64,000 bases of DNA from Paramoeba atlantica (Eukaryota; Protista; Discosea), in assembly GCA_977017575.1 (NCBI GenBank), contig CDRNVI010000083.1, forward strand, positions 372,001-436,000. The letters are read 5' to 3'. The notes beneath the pieces are model-generated. The model did no database searches, had not been told where the DNA came from, and saw nothing but the letters and a program-made list of their open reading frames with translations. Numbering within the stretch: the stretch's first letter is position 1; each line of letters begins with the position of its first letter. A program made the translations under genes and the position numbers. This document shows positions 10,901-20,003 of this stretch, in pieces.

Positions 10901-11906
10901 CGGAGGAAGAAAACCTGGAAAACTTTCTTCTGCACGATGGCCGAACAGACCTTTATAGCTCAAATGTAGTTTCGACGCCCCGGTCCGATTCGCGGATCGT
11001 GTTACGGTTCCTTCGGAGATGTTCAAGGCGGTTTGTTTATCGAATGTCCACGCCACTGTGCATTTGGTTCCTTTTTTTATTGAAGAACAAGACTTCTGTA
11101 TGCGCTCGAAAGGAATGGGGAATTCGGTGTCTGGATTTATCGATTTTATGATGCCACCGATGTGGTTGTCTTGTTCCGGATTTCCTTCGCTATAAAGTAT
11201 GCTGATGACTTGATTTGTTGTTTCAGTTGGTTTGTCCTTTTCTTGTGTGTCTGGCGTGATGCAGTCGTAGAACTCGGTGTTACTTCCATACTCCTTGGTT
11301 TTGGGGCCCGGAGTCGTGCTAATTACCTGTATTTCGCTCGATGTGTCAGGTCGGAAACCTTCGTCGCCGTTGGGCGCAATTTCGCCGTACTGAATCGGTT
11401 CGTTGTTTTGTACGCGTCCGTTTTCCTGGACGTTCTTTGTACTCTTGTTGTGCTCGTTTTCCTTTTGGATGATAGCATCCTGCAGAACTTTAGCCTTCTT
11501 ACGGTAACTGTCCATGGCAACGGCCGACGGATTTAACGGTCGTAAAACGAGTTCATCCAGAGTAGTGGGATCTTTTGGTGGAGGGGTGGCCGCCTGAGCG
11601 TACGTTGGTTCCTTGCTCCAGTTCGTAAATGCTGTGTTCCGAGCGGTGTTCGTTCTTATTTTGATGCATCCTTCTGGGTGACGAATGGTTGGGCTCTCGT
11701 CTTGCGACACTTTGTCAGCTCTTGTCTGAAGAAGGTTGAGTTGTTTGTTTCGCCGATTGAAGAAATTTGAAGACAGCAGTGCGTTCTTAATTGTGACTTT
11801 GCAGTCACTTTTCGGCAGTGGGGTCGGCGATCGACGCATCGACGGAGGAGGAGATTGTGGACACTCAGATGGCGTTGATGGTGGTGACTCAGATGGCGTT
11901 GATGGT
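7935..11906 (-). mobile_element. Family B copy 1, slightly 5'-truncated, inserted in C1
   Basis: Flanked by the TGGCCA duplication. Near-identical to B2 pieces at 26316-26707, 28065-30510 and 45777-47738. The 5' junction carries a 24-bp stutter. Confidence 0.92.
8093..11839 (-). CDS. RT-RLE polyprotein of family B (uninterrupted; true start is upstream, as in B2 at 47738)
   Basis: KGVSPGPTG, GVRPVAIGE, VDMQNAFN, GVRQGSALAS, AYIDD, LPVKKGGMG, CPGC...HIPGC..C...HN, SGPDLVIYW...YDLTV. Confidence 0.9.
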   Translation of the reverse strand: MRRSPTPLPKSDCKVTIKNALLSSNFFNRRNKQLNLLQTRADKVSQDESPTIRHPEGCIKIRTNTARNTAFTNWSKEPTYAQAATPPPKDPTTLDELVLRPLNPSAVAMDSYRKKAKVLQDAIIQKENEHNKSTKNVQENGRVQNNEPIQYGEIAPNGDEGFRPDTSSEIQVISTTPGPKTKEYGSNTEFYDCITPDTQEKDKPTETTNQVISILYSEGNPEQDNHIGGIIKSINPDTEFPIPFERIQKSCSSIKKGTKCTVAWTFDKQTALNISEGTVTRSANRTGASKLHLSYKGLFGHRAEESFPGFLPPQENIRVYQIRWYRAPPAIDENLPIETREETHVKKARALKLDTGAADVDHLPIPTAKTISPDFISSVIAIYRDIMHIYAESDYVQRNQIWNKVLSAMKLSLASVRQANSRQRRRRPIQQETVEHNQPEDEFFHEDKRAIKRATRLVLENCTSKASRILDCSFQKSTLTDQEKVQKLRALHPEQNCNFKVPEDAPIIAGIAVQELRCASRRLAKGVSPGPTGTTDSIVRLLIDDEPCCNSLCHMMSDLINGFLSRQVLQRLNRARLVAIDKPNGGVRPVAIGEIFSKLAGIILLQRYEKSLEPLFAPMQQGVFSQAGCERIVHKLRDRWLDGHSILTVDMQNAFNSPSREEIAKCVFAFATLKPFQRFFAAEYSNASELLFYGSDGSLTDIIMSSAGVRQGSALASLYFCVFCQPILETLASEFPGIEINAYIDDITLVSRDSTELEKAFFRLKGLLEEKQVKLAEAKCVWFRGKSGNSIPNSLSTQGVKSEDEAVKVLGAYIGENNTISERLLRQLEKQVTAFRRLKRMGINNISMILLAKCANVRQQYLIRVHPPETTEKASSQFDQEVENVVETWIGPLSPDQMKIVRLPVKKGGMGLTASSPLRETAYVASRYSVLERRNSFSARIDNAVPSHPSIPKNSTMKVIPVDEKASTSIHHVEVLKELQTDPDIKPILQATSFKGNSDWILSNAKYIPSHLFKLAIMPRLNAQHPDLPTSLLCPGCGILLNNRNALTHIPGCAQCSGINTTVKHNSLVGFLHRLCVKAGIPCETEPRNFSTWKCIACRSTISPENQLVHQKTCAGKKLCRSGPDLVIYWNTGAVFYDLTVIHELSMSNRGKKCTQLMNDALQRKSNTYVRTNLIREDSFQCLPVLAGGALHRNTQNLVHSLADAAMLNRKQVELEMKLTIQELNGLGIYAQLKKYLDGCTQTQEYSI

Positions 11907-14119
11907 TGGCCACACGAATGATATCAGCCTGACCCTTGTCTTTCATCAAAGACTCGCGCACTGCATTGTGGTGGACTTCTTCCGTAACCGCTTCATCAGT
12001 GAGAGGTCGTTGGCTGGAGAGCGAGTTCAGCGCTGGCAAATCCATTAGAGTAGCGGGAGCTGAAAGATGAATTGGTCGCTCCATAGCTGCTCGTTTGGAT
12101 TTGAAGAACGCTGCTTCGCGAATCGGTTCAGTTGGGGTGAGCCCGAGTCCTCCTTTCTTCAGTGGTAGCCTCATCCATGATATTTGGTCTTCGTTGAGGT
12201 TCCCGAACCATGAACATAGCGTGTTTGCCACCTGGGAATCAAACTGCCGACTGAGTTCCAAAGACGCATCAGGATGATGCACGCGTATGTCGTACCTGTG
12301 ACGCATATTCACGCAGTGCGATAGTAAAACGATAGAGACGTTGCTGGCCCCCATGTGCTGTAGGCGCCGGAAAGCTGCTTGATGCTTCACAACTTTTTGG
12401 ACTAATTTTTCGCTAACGCTTTCTTTCTCTCCGACGAAGGCCCCCAAAATGTTGGTAGCCCGGCTTTCGGATAAAACTCCCGCCTCCTGCAAGACGTGCG
12501 GAATGGGGATTCTTTCGATGCCTTCAAACCAGGCGCATTTTGTTGGGGATAATTCCACTAGCTTAGCAGTCAATAAAACTCGAAGACGGTTGTAAGCGTT
12601 GGCAATTAGTTCTGAGTCCTTTGATGCGAAGCTGATGTCGTCGATGTAGGCGTATATGCGAAGTGCCGGGAATTCTGAAGCAACGATCTCTAAAATTGGT
12701 TGCATAAACGCGCAGAACATAATCGTGGACAACGGCGACCCCTGCCTCACCCCGGCTGAACTTTTCAAGGTGGCTCCAAGATTGCCGTTGCTCCCGTAAT
12801 AAAGAAGTTCTGATGGACTGGAGTATTCGGCATTAAAGAGACGCTGAAAGGGGCGGAGACCATGGAATCCGAACACGGCTCTTGCAATTTCATCCCTGGC
12901 TGGTGAATTGAAGGCGTTTCTGAGATCAATAGCCAGAATGGCGCATCCCTCTGTGTATTTCTCGTTAAGCTTATGCACGACATGCTCGCAGCCAGACTTT
13001 ATCATAACACCAAACTGATAAGGCGCAAAGAGCGGGACAAGCTGTTTCTCGTGCCGCTGCAGAAGGACGATTTCGGCAAGCTTCAACCAGACCTCCCCCA
13101 CAGCGATTGGACGAATTCCGTTTCCAGGTTTGGGAATCGCTACAAGTCGCGCTCTCTTCACGCGTTTCATTACTTCTTCAGACAGTGATCCATTAATCAG
13201 GTCGGTAATCATGTGACACAAACTTAACGAGCACACCTCGTCGTCTAACAGGATGCGCAAAATTGAATCCGTTGTGCCTGTTGGTCCTGGCGCCGCCCCT
13301 TTGGCCATGCGTCTTCCGGCCTCCCGAAGCTCGACAGGCGTAATACACGCTGTCATCGGAGCATCTTGCGGGAGGCGAAATGTGGTGGGGAGATCTGGAT
13401 GCAAAGCACGAAGTTTTTCAATGGTTTCCGAGTCGCTGAGTGTTCGTGGTGTAATTTCCTGGTAATAACTCGGGACGCTTTGGAAACACACCCGTCTAAT
13501 GCCAGACTAGTTGCTTTCTTGATGGCCCGTTTGTCATCTATAAGACGTGGTCCGTTGGCGGTGGAGGTGTGTCCGTTTTGAGATTCGCCGTCTTGCAATG
13601 ACGAAAAATCGCGCGGGCGACGTCGACGTCGTTTCGCCGTTGCCTTCCGAATTGTGGCAAGAGAATATTTCATGGCTGATAACGTTCGATGCCATATGCG
13701 GTTCCTTTGTGGGTATGGGGATTCTGCGTAATCTCGAACGATGTCTCGGTAAATTGCAACTACGCAAGGAATGAATTCCGGTGCAACTGATCGCAGAGTA
13801 GGCATGGGCTCAAGATCTAGGTCGTTTTCTGTGTGTTGATAATTAACGCGAAGCGCCCGGTTAATTCTTTCTTCAGACCGGCAGCTTTTTATACTTCCAG
13901 GATCACTTTCCTGATGTGTGTTATTTTCCCACACGATCTTAAAGACGCGAACGTTTGCTTGCGGGGGAATATGACCAGTGAAGGTTGTTCCGATCTTGTG
14001 TCCCACAATCCCCACATACTCCATGGTCCATTTGTTCAAGTGCTTTCTTTTCTGCGACGCTTTAACGATTCCTTGTGATACGTTGAGGCTTGGCGAACAA
14101 TCAAAGCTCCAAGCCAAAA
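11907..14119 (-). pseudogene. Family C copy 1, 5' part (5'-truncated, frameshift near 13470)
   Basis: ORFs 13353-14231 and 11656-13491 overlap in different frames at the KASRV/QEITPRTLS junction. RT motifs GAAPGPTG, IDLRNAFN, GVRQGSPLS, AYIDD. Confidence 0.87.
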
Positions 14120-14210
14120 TAATAAACAAAAAGGGGGTAATAAACAAAAAGGGGGTAATAAACAAAAAGGGGGTAATAAACAAAAAGGGGGTAATAAACA
14201 AAAAGGGGGT
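14118..14210. repeat. Tandem array of 18-bp AAAAAGGGGGTAATAAAC, ~5 units
   Basis: Directly visible at the truncated 5' end of C1. Confidence 0.96.
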
Positions 14211-14283
14211 AGAACATAAACTTGATGTCATTTTTTTTGGTACGTAACGTGCGGTAGGTTCAAGGTTCTCCCTTAAGCCTTCA

Positions 14284-15038
14284 TTTTTTTTTTTTTTTTT
14301 TTTTTACATATAAAAAATCCTCTCTTTTTATGTATATATTATCGGAATTACTAATGTGAACACTATTGTGGTATTCTTGATTTATCGTGTATTCAAAATT
14401 CACCGTTAAAGATTTCCTATTTTTTTTTTAACGCACCTCGCTAACGGCATTCAACTGGTATTCACAGGGCCGTTTCATCTCCATCGACCGGTGCCAAGTA
14501 TTTCCTAAATTGAGACATTGCGACCGAACCATTCAGTTCTTGCAATTGCAAAGCGAAATCCTGGTGAATCTTATCGCGTGCCAGTCCACATGCATCTGCA
14601 AGAGCCGACAATAATTCCTTGGTGTTTGGATGCATGGCGCCTCCAGAAAGCATGGGAATGCACAAAAACTGCTGTTTCGGAATTAAGCTCGACACGACGT
14701 ACCGGTTAATCTTACGCTTGATAGCGTCTCGCATGAGAATTGCGCCGCTGCGTTTGATGTTGGATTGTGAAAGCTCGTGTATGACGGTAAAATCATAAAA
14801 GATGTCCCCGTCTGCCCAATGGATGACTAAATCTGGCCCGGAATGGTGGAATGAACCAGATCCGCAAGTCCTTTGGTGTGACGCTTTATTTTCACCGTCA
14901 ACAGTGGTACCGCACTTTCCGCAGGTGTATGTCGCGAATTGTCTAGGTTCGAGCTCGCAGGGAATGCCGGCCTTAATACATAGCGCATAGAGTTGACGCA
15001 CCATTCTGTTGTGTTTTGTGGTAGCGTTAATCCCAGAG
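14284..15038 (-). mobile_element. Family C copy 3, 3' part with poly(A)
   Basis: Near-identical to 7025-7740, with T-run 14284-14305. Resumes the 25932-26277 fragment across the 8-bp duplication TCCCAGAG. Confidence 0.9.
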
Positions 15039-15098
15039 ACGAAGTGAGAACTTCCGCAATGGCATTGTCAAAATTGAACGTTAATGCCTCAGTCGCAG

Positions 15099-16984
15099 TT
15101 TTTTTTTTTTTTTTTTTTTTATGAATCGCGGCATTGCCTCTATATTTTGACCCAGTAGACGAACCAAGTACATAGTAGGTCCATTGGGGGGTATACGAAT
15201 TTAAAACAAGCAATCAAATTAGCAAATCTTTTTATTTCCACAGAAGTATATTTTCTTTTTCTTTTTTCTCAGCCCAAAACTAGCAATTCAATCTCCCCTA
15301 GGTATATGATGATGATGATGTATTGGGCCTTTTGACTCCGAAAAGTTATGGCCCCTCAACTCCCCAAACGGGCAGTCCGAATACGTCTTGCGACGTATCC
15401 GGAGAGCCAGCCATAGCAAGCTACGGCTGACCTCCGCTTGGAGAGGAGTTAGGTTACAGCTAGGGAGGTGGGGTGCGCTATACCCCTGCGCCTTAGGTAA
15501 TGCAAATAAGGCGCCCCTTGACCAAAAAAAAACCACTCTATCTTTTGAGGGTGGATAAAAAAAAAACACAAACACATTCCAAAGATTAGCCCGAATGGCA
15601 CCCACCCTAGTTTCTTAGTACCTTGTTATATTCGGTACCGGGCGGTGCCACCCATTCTACGTTGCCAGAATGATATCCACCCTAATTATTTAGTGCCTCG
15701 TTTTACTGGCACCGGGTAGTGTCATCCATATTGTCTTCGTTGTGCTCACCCTAGTTCTTTAGCGTCTTGTTATGCGACGCCGGGTGAGTTAGCTCGGGAA
15801 GCTGGGATCGCTAAGTCCCATCATCCGACATAAGCCGGATGCCCTGACATAACCCCTAGGTATATACGACAAACAAGACACAGTAAAAATAAAAACAAGC
15901 AATCCAGGCCCAATCCATTCGCGCGTTCCGGACCGGGTCTTTCGACCACTCCACGGCCTGACTTGTGAACCCGTCCCTTGCTATACGGGAGGGCGCAGGC
16001 GCGGGCCTGTGTCGACAGCGACACGGTCGCGAAACAGGATGCTGGCCGACGGGGAGGAGATTCACTGCCCGTGTACTACCTCACTTGGGGTACCTAGCCC
16101 TCGCGGGCTAGGCGTGAGCATAGACTCTGTCGACCCGACCAGCACCCGTCCTGGATACCATGGCGTCTTCGTGCTGAAATAGGACTGTCAGTAGAGGCTT
16201 AAGCCTCTACCAAAGGATCCGCTGGGTCCTCTACGCGGATGCGCGAAACCATCATCCTGGCTTGAGAACGCATTAGCGTCACGTTCAGATCTGTTAGGAG
16301 ATCGTTTCGCGCTTGGTGTCGTGAAAGGAGCCCTTTGAATGCATTCGCCCGTTGGGTTCCGATGTCCCGGAGTAACGCTAGCGCACTCTCGCTCCAGGAA
16401 CCAAAGGATTCCACCACCATCGCTGTGAAGAGGTGTCCTGCTTTTTCTGCTTCTTGTCGCTGTCGCGCCTTGGTCTCCGCGAAGTGCTCGGCAAAAGACC
16501 CCGGGGTCACCCAGCTAGCATTGTGGACTGAGTCCAAATACTTTGTTTGCTGTGCGTGAGTGACCGCAAAATCTAGGACCATGCCTTGCGCTAAAGATCC
16601 TTTGGCGATGGAGGCATTTGGCAGAAATACGTCTGCTGGTCTCGTGAGAGCCCCCCCAGGACCCCGATTTCCCAAACTCTTCTCTCTCTGTGGCGCCAGG
16701 AAGGCTCTGCTGCAGAACGATGTAAATTGTTGGGCCAGAGCGTTGTGCCGTGAGATGATACCATGGCCGTTCTTGCAGAGCAAAGCGTGCTCTCCATTCT
16801 TGAGCAAGGGAAGGGTGCACCCGTCAGCTGGGCAAGGCCGATCTTCGGGGAAGACGTCCATGCCTAGCCACCAGCGTGTTAGGGTACGAAACTCCGTGTG
16901 GGTGAAAGCGTAGCCTCTGGTCTTGGAGGGAGTTGCGAAAGCCCAGTTTCCGGCCCCTTTTCCGGACTGCGAGATCCATCGCAG
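15099..16984 (-). mobile_element. Family D2 3' fragment (CCHC, RLE, structured 3' UTR, poly(A)) carrying a 545-bp insertion
   Basis: RWISQSGKGAGNW...CPADGC...HALLC...HN...RPADVFL...LDFAV...ESFGSW (ORF 16199-16861 and upstream frame). T-run 15099-15120. Confidence 0.88.
15308..15852 (-). mobile_element. Non-coding, highly structured retroelement with (CAT)n tail (SINE-like or isolated LINE 3' UTR)
   Basis: Flanked by the 13-bp TSD CCCCTAGGTATAT (15295-15307 and 15853-15865); the empty site is seen at 54040-54060. Tail is catcatcatcatcat on the minus strand. Related copies at 60945-61433 and 63453-63941. Confidence 0.85.
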
Positions 16985-17071
16985 TTTTTTTTTTTCTTTT
17001 TTTTTTTTTTATTGTTCCCCAACTTTGTGACCAACAACGCCCCGATACGAGATAGATAACTTACCAAATCC

Positions 17072-17678
17072 TTTTTTTTTTTTTTTTTTTTTTTGAACCT
17101 AGATCTTGTTTACATTACAACCGGTTAATAATTTCACCTTTGTGCTTTCCCTCTAATAATTTCACCGGTGCTCGCTGTTTCCCGTCGCTGTCTAGGCGTT
17201 TGGTTTTTTTTTTTTGGGGGGGGGAGTAGTATTGATTCTAATGTTTATATCTATGTTTCGAACTTTCCACCACTTAAAACCTTTCACCCTACTTCCTTCC
17301 TTCCCCTACTTCCTTCCCCTCACCGCACTCACTTCCCTTCCCCCACTTACGCCCTACCGACTGACGCGTCCCTACTGACCGGCTCGTCCGCACTGTGGCC
17401 CATGTGGTCCAGGACCTCCGCTCCCACCCCGTTAGCAGTATAAGATACTTTGAGTTGCTGTACGAGGGTGGGAGACTTAGAGGAGACGAAACGCATAGCC
17501 GCCGTCACGCCGAGGGCAAAAAGCGGGAAGAGGGACATGGCGGGACGGACGCGGGGACAAGGAGAAACGACGCCCGAGCCCATCGGTCTGGACCTCTGCC
17601 CCGACCCCGTGAGCAAGTATACAATACTTTGGGCTGCTGGCACGGGGGTGGGGGACGCAAGAAACGTTAAAAGAAAAG
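17072..17678 (-). other. Orphan poly(A)-tailed cDNA segment with two imperfectly repeated hairpins
   Basis: Bounded by T-runs 17072-17094 and 17679-17703, with no credible ORF. Repeats at ~17418-17480 and ~17597-17656. Confidence 0.55.
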
Positions 17679-18850
17679 TTTTTTTTTTTTTTTTTTTTTT
17701 TTTGCAATTAATAAGGGGGGAGAAGTATGAATCGCGGCATTGCCTCTATATTTTGACCCAGTAGACGAACCAAGTAGGTCCATTGGGGGGGGTATACGAG
17801 TTGAAAACAAACAATCAAATTAGCAATTCTTTTTCTGTCCACAGATGTACCTTTTTTCTCAGCCCAAAACTAGCAATTTAGTCTCCCCTAAGTATATACT
17901 ACAAACAAGAAAAACAGTAAAAATTAAAACAAGCAATCCATGCCCAATCCATTCGCGCGTTCCGGACCGGGTCTTTCGACCTCTCCACGGCCTGACTTGT
18001 GAACCCTTCCCTTGCTATACGGGAGGGCGCAGGCGCGGGCCTGTGTCGACAGCGACACGGTCACGAAACAGGATGCTGGCCGACGGGGAGGAGATTCACT
18101 ACCCGTGTACTACCTCACTTGGGGTACCTAGCCCTCGCGGGCTAGGCGTGAGTATAGACTCTGTCGACCCGACCAGCACCCGTCCTGGATACCATGGCGT
18201 CTTCGTGCTGAAATAGGACTGTCAGTCCGAATCCCTACCTATCTCACCTTGGGGTACCTCACTCACGAAGGCGAGGCGTGAGAATAGGCACTGTAGGCTC
18301 GATCGCTCCTGCCGGTCCGCAGCTGGCACGATTTGGTGTGGTGTCAGAGGGTGCCTCGTTCAGTAAAGCGAGACTGGCATGGATATCCACGTCTGCCATG
18401 CGTCTTACAAGCATTCGTGCCTGAGACCGCATGAGCGTAACGTTCATGTCCTGGAGAAGAAAAAACATTGACGCTTGCTCGGACATATCACCCTTACATG
18501 CTGCGGCTCTTTTTCCCGCGATCTTCTTCAGCATATGGAGGGACGTCGGGCTCCATGATCCGTACGATTCCACTACCATGGCGGTGAAATCATGTCCGGC
18601 CTCTATAGCCTCTTGCCTTTGTCCACGCTTGTGGTTCGTTGCATATTTCTCTGCGAAGGCCCCTGCAGCTACCATGCCAGCAGAACGGACCAGGTCCGTA
18701 TATTTCTGTTGCTGGACGTGGGTCACCGCAAAATCAAAGACAAGGCCTTTACCGAGCGTGTAGCTCGGAAGGAACACATCCCCTGGTCTTGTGAGTGCCC
18801 CCCCTGGACCTCTGTTGCCGAGGCTGTGCTCCCTTTTCGGAGACAAATTG

Positions 18851-18853
<3 letters not shown>
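17679..18853 (-). mobile_element. Family D1 3' fragment (RLE + 3' UTR + poly(A))
   Basis: Matches D1 from KANLSPKRE to the 3' UTR. T-run 17679-17703. Confidence 0.92.
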
Positions 18854-18881
<28 letters not shown>

Positions 18882-19971
18882 GTAGACGAACCAAGTAGGT
18901 CCATTGGGGGGGGTATACGAGTTGAAAACAAACAATCAAATTAGCAATTCTTTTTCTGTCCACAGATGTACCTTTTTTCTTAGCCCAAAACTAGCAATTT
19001 AGTCTCCCCTAAGTATATACTACAAACAAGAAAAACAGTAAAAATTAAAACAAGCAATCCATGCCCAATCCATTCGCGCGTTCCGGACCGGGTCTTTCGA
19101 CCTCTCCACGGCCTGACTTGTGAACCCTTCCCTTGCTATACGGGAGGGCGCAGGCGCGGGCCTGTGTCGACAGCGACACGGTCACGAAACAGGATGCTGG
19201 CCGACGGGGAGGAGATTCACTACCCGTGTACTACCTCACTTGGGGTACCTAGCCCTCGCGGGCTAGGCGTGAGTATAGACTCTGTCGACCCGACCAGCAC
19301 CCGTCCTGGATACCATGGCGTCTTCGTGCTGAAATAGGACTGTCAGTCCGAATCCCTACCTATCTCACCTTGGGGTACCTCACTCACGAAGGCGAGGCGT
19401 GAGAATAGGCACTGTAGGCTCGATCGCTCCTGCCGGTCCGCAGCTGGCACGATTTGGTGTGGTGTCAGAGGGTGCCTCGTTCAGTAAAGCGAGACTGGCA
19501 TGGATATCCACGTCTGCCATGCGTCTTACAAGCATTCGTGCCTGAGACCGCATGAGCGTAACGTTCATGTCCTGGAGAAGAAAAAACATTGACGCTTGCT
19601 CGGACATATCACCCTTACATGCTGCGGCTCTTTTTCCCGCGATCTTCTTCAGCATATGGAGGGACGTCGGGCTCCATGATCCGTACGATTCCACTACCAT
19701 GGCGGTGAAATCATGTCCGGCCTCTATAGCCTCTTGCCTTTGTCCACGCTTGTGGTTCGTTGCATATTTCTCTGCGAAGGCCCCTGCAGCTACCATGCCA
19801 GCAGAACGGACCAGGTCCGTATATTTCTGTTGCTGGACGTGGGTCACCGCAAAATCAAAGACAAGGCCTTTACCGAGCGTGTAGCTCGGAAGGAACACAT
19901 CCCCTGGTCTTGTGAGTGCCCCCCCTGGACCTCTGTTGCCGAGGCTGTGCTCCCTTTTCGGAGACAAATTG

Positions 19972-19974
<3 letters not shown>
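18854..19974 (-). mobile_element. Family D1 3' fragment, second head-to-tail copy
   Basis: Same 5' breakpoint (ttggcc then T-run) as the previous unit. Poly(A) is attached at ...ggttcgtctac. Confidence 0.92.

Positions 19975-20003
<29 letters not shown>

Noticed and set aside
15093-15100. TCGCAG before a T-run at both 15093 and 16979 as an endonuclease consensus
   Set aside because: About ten other poly(A) junctions show unrelated sequences.
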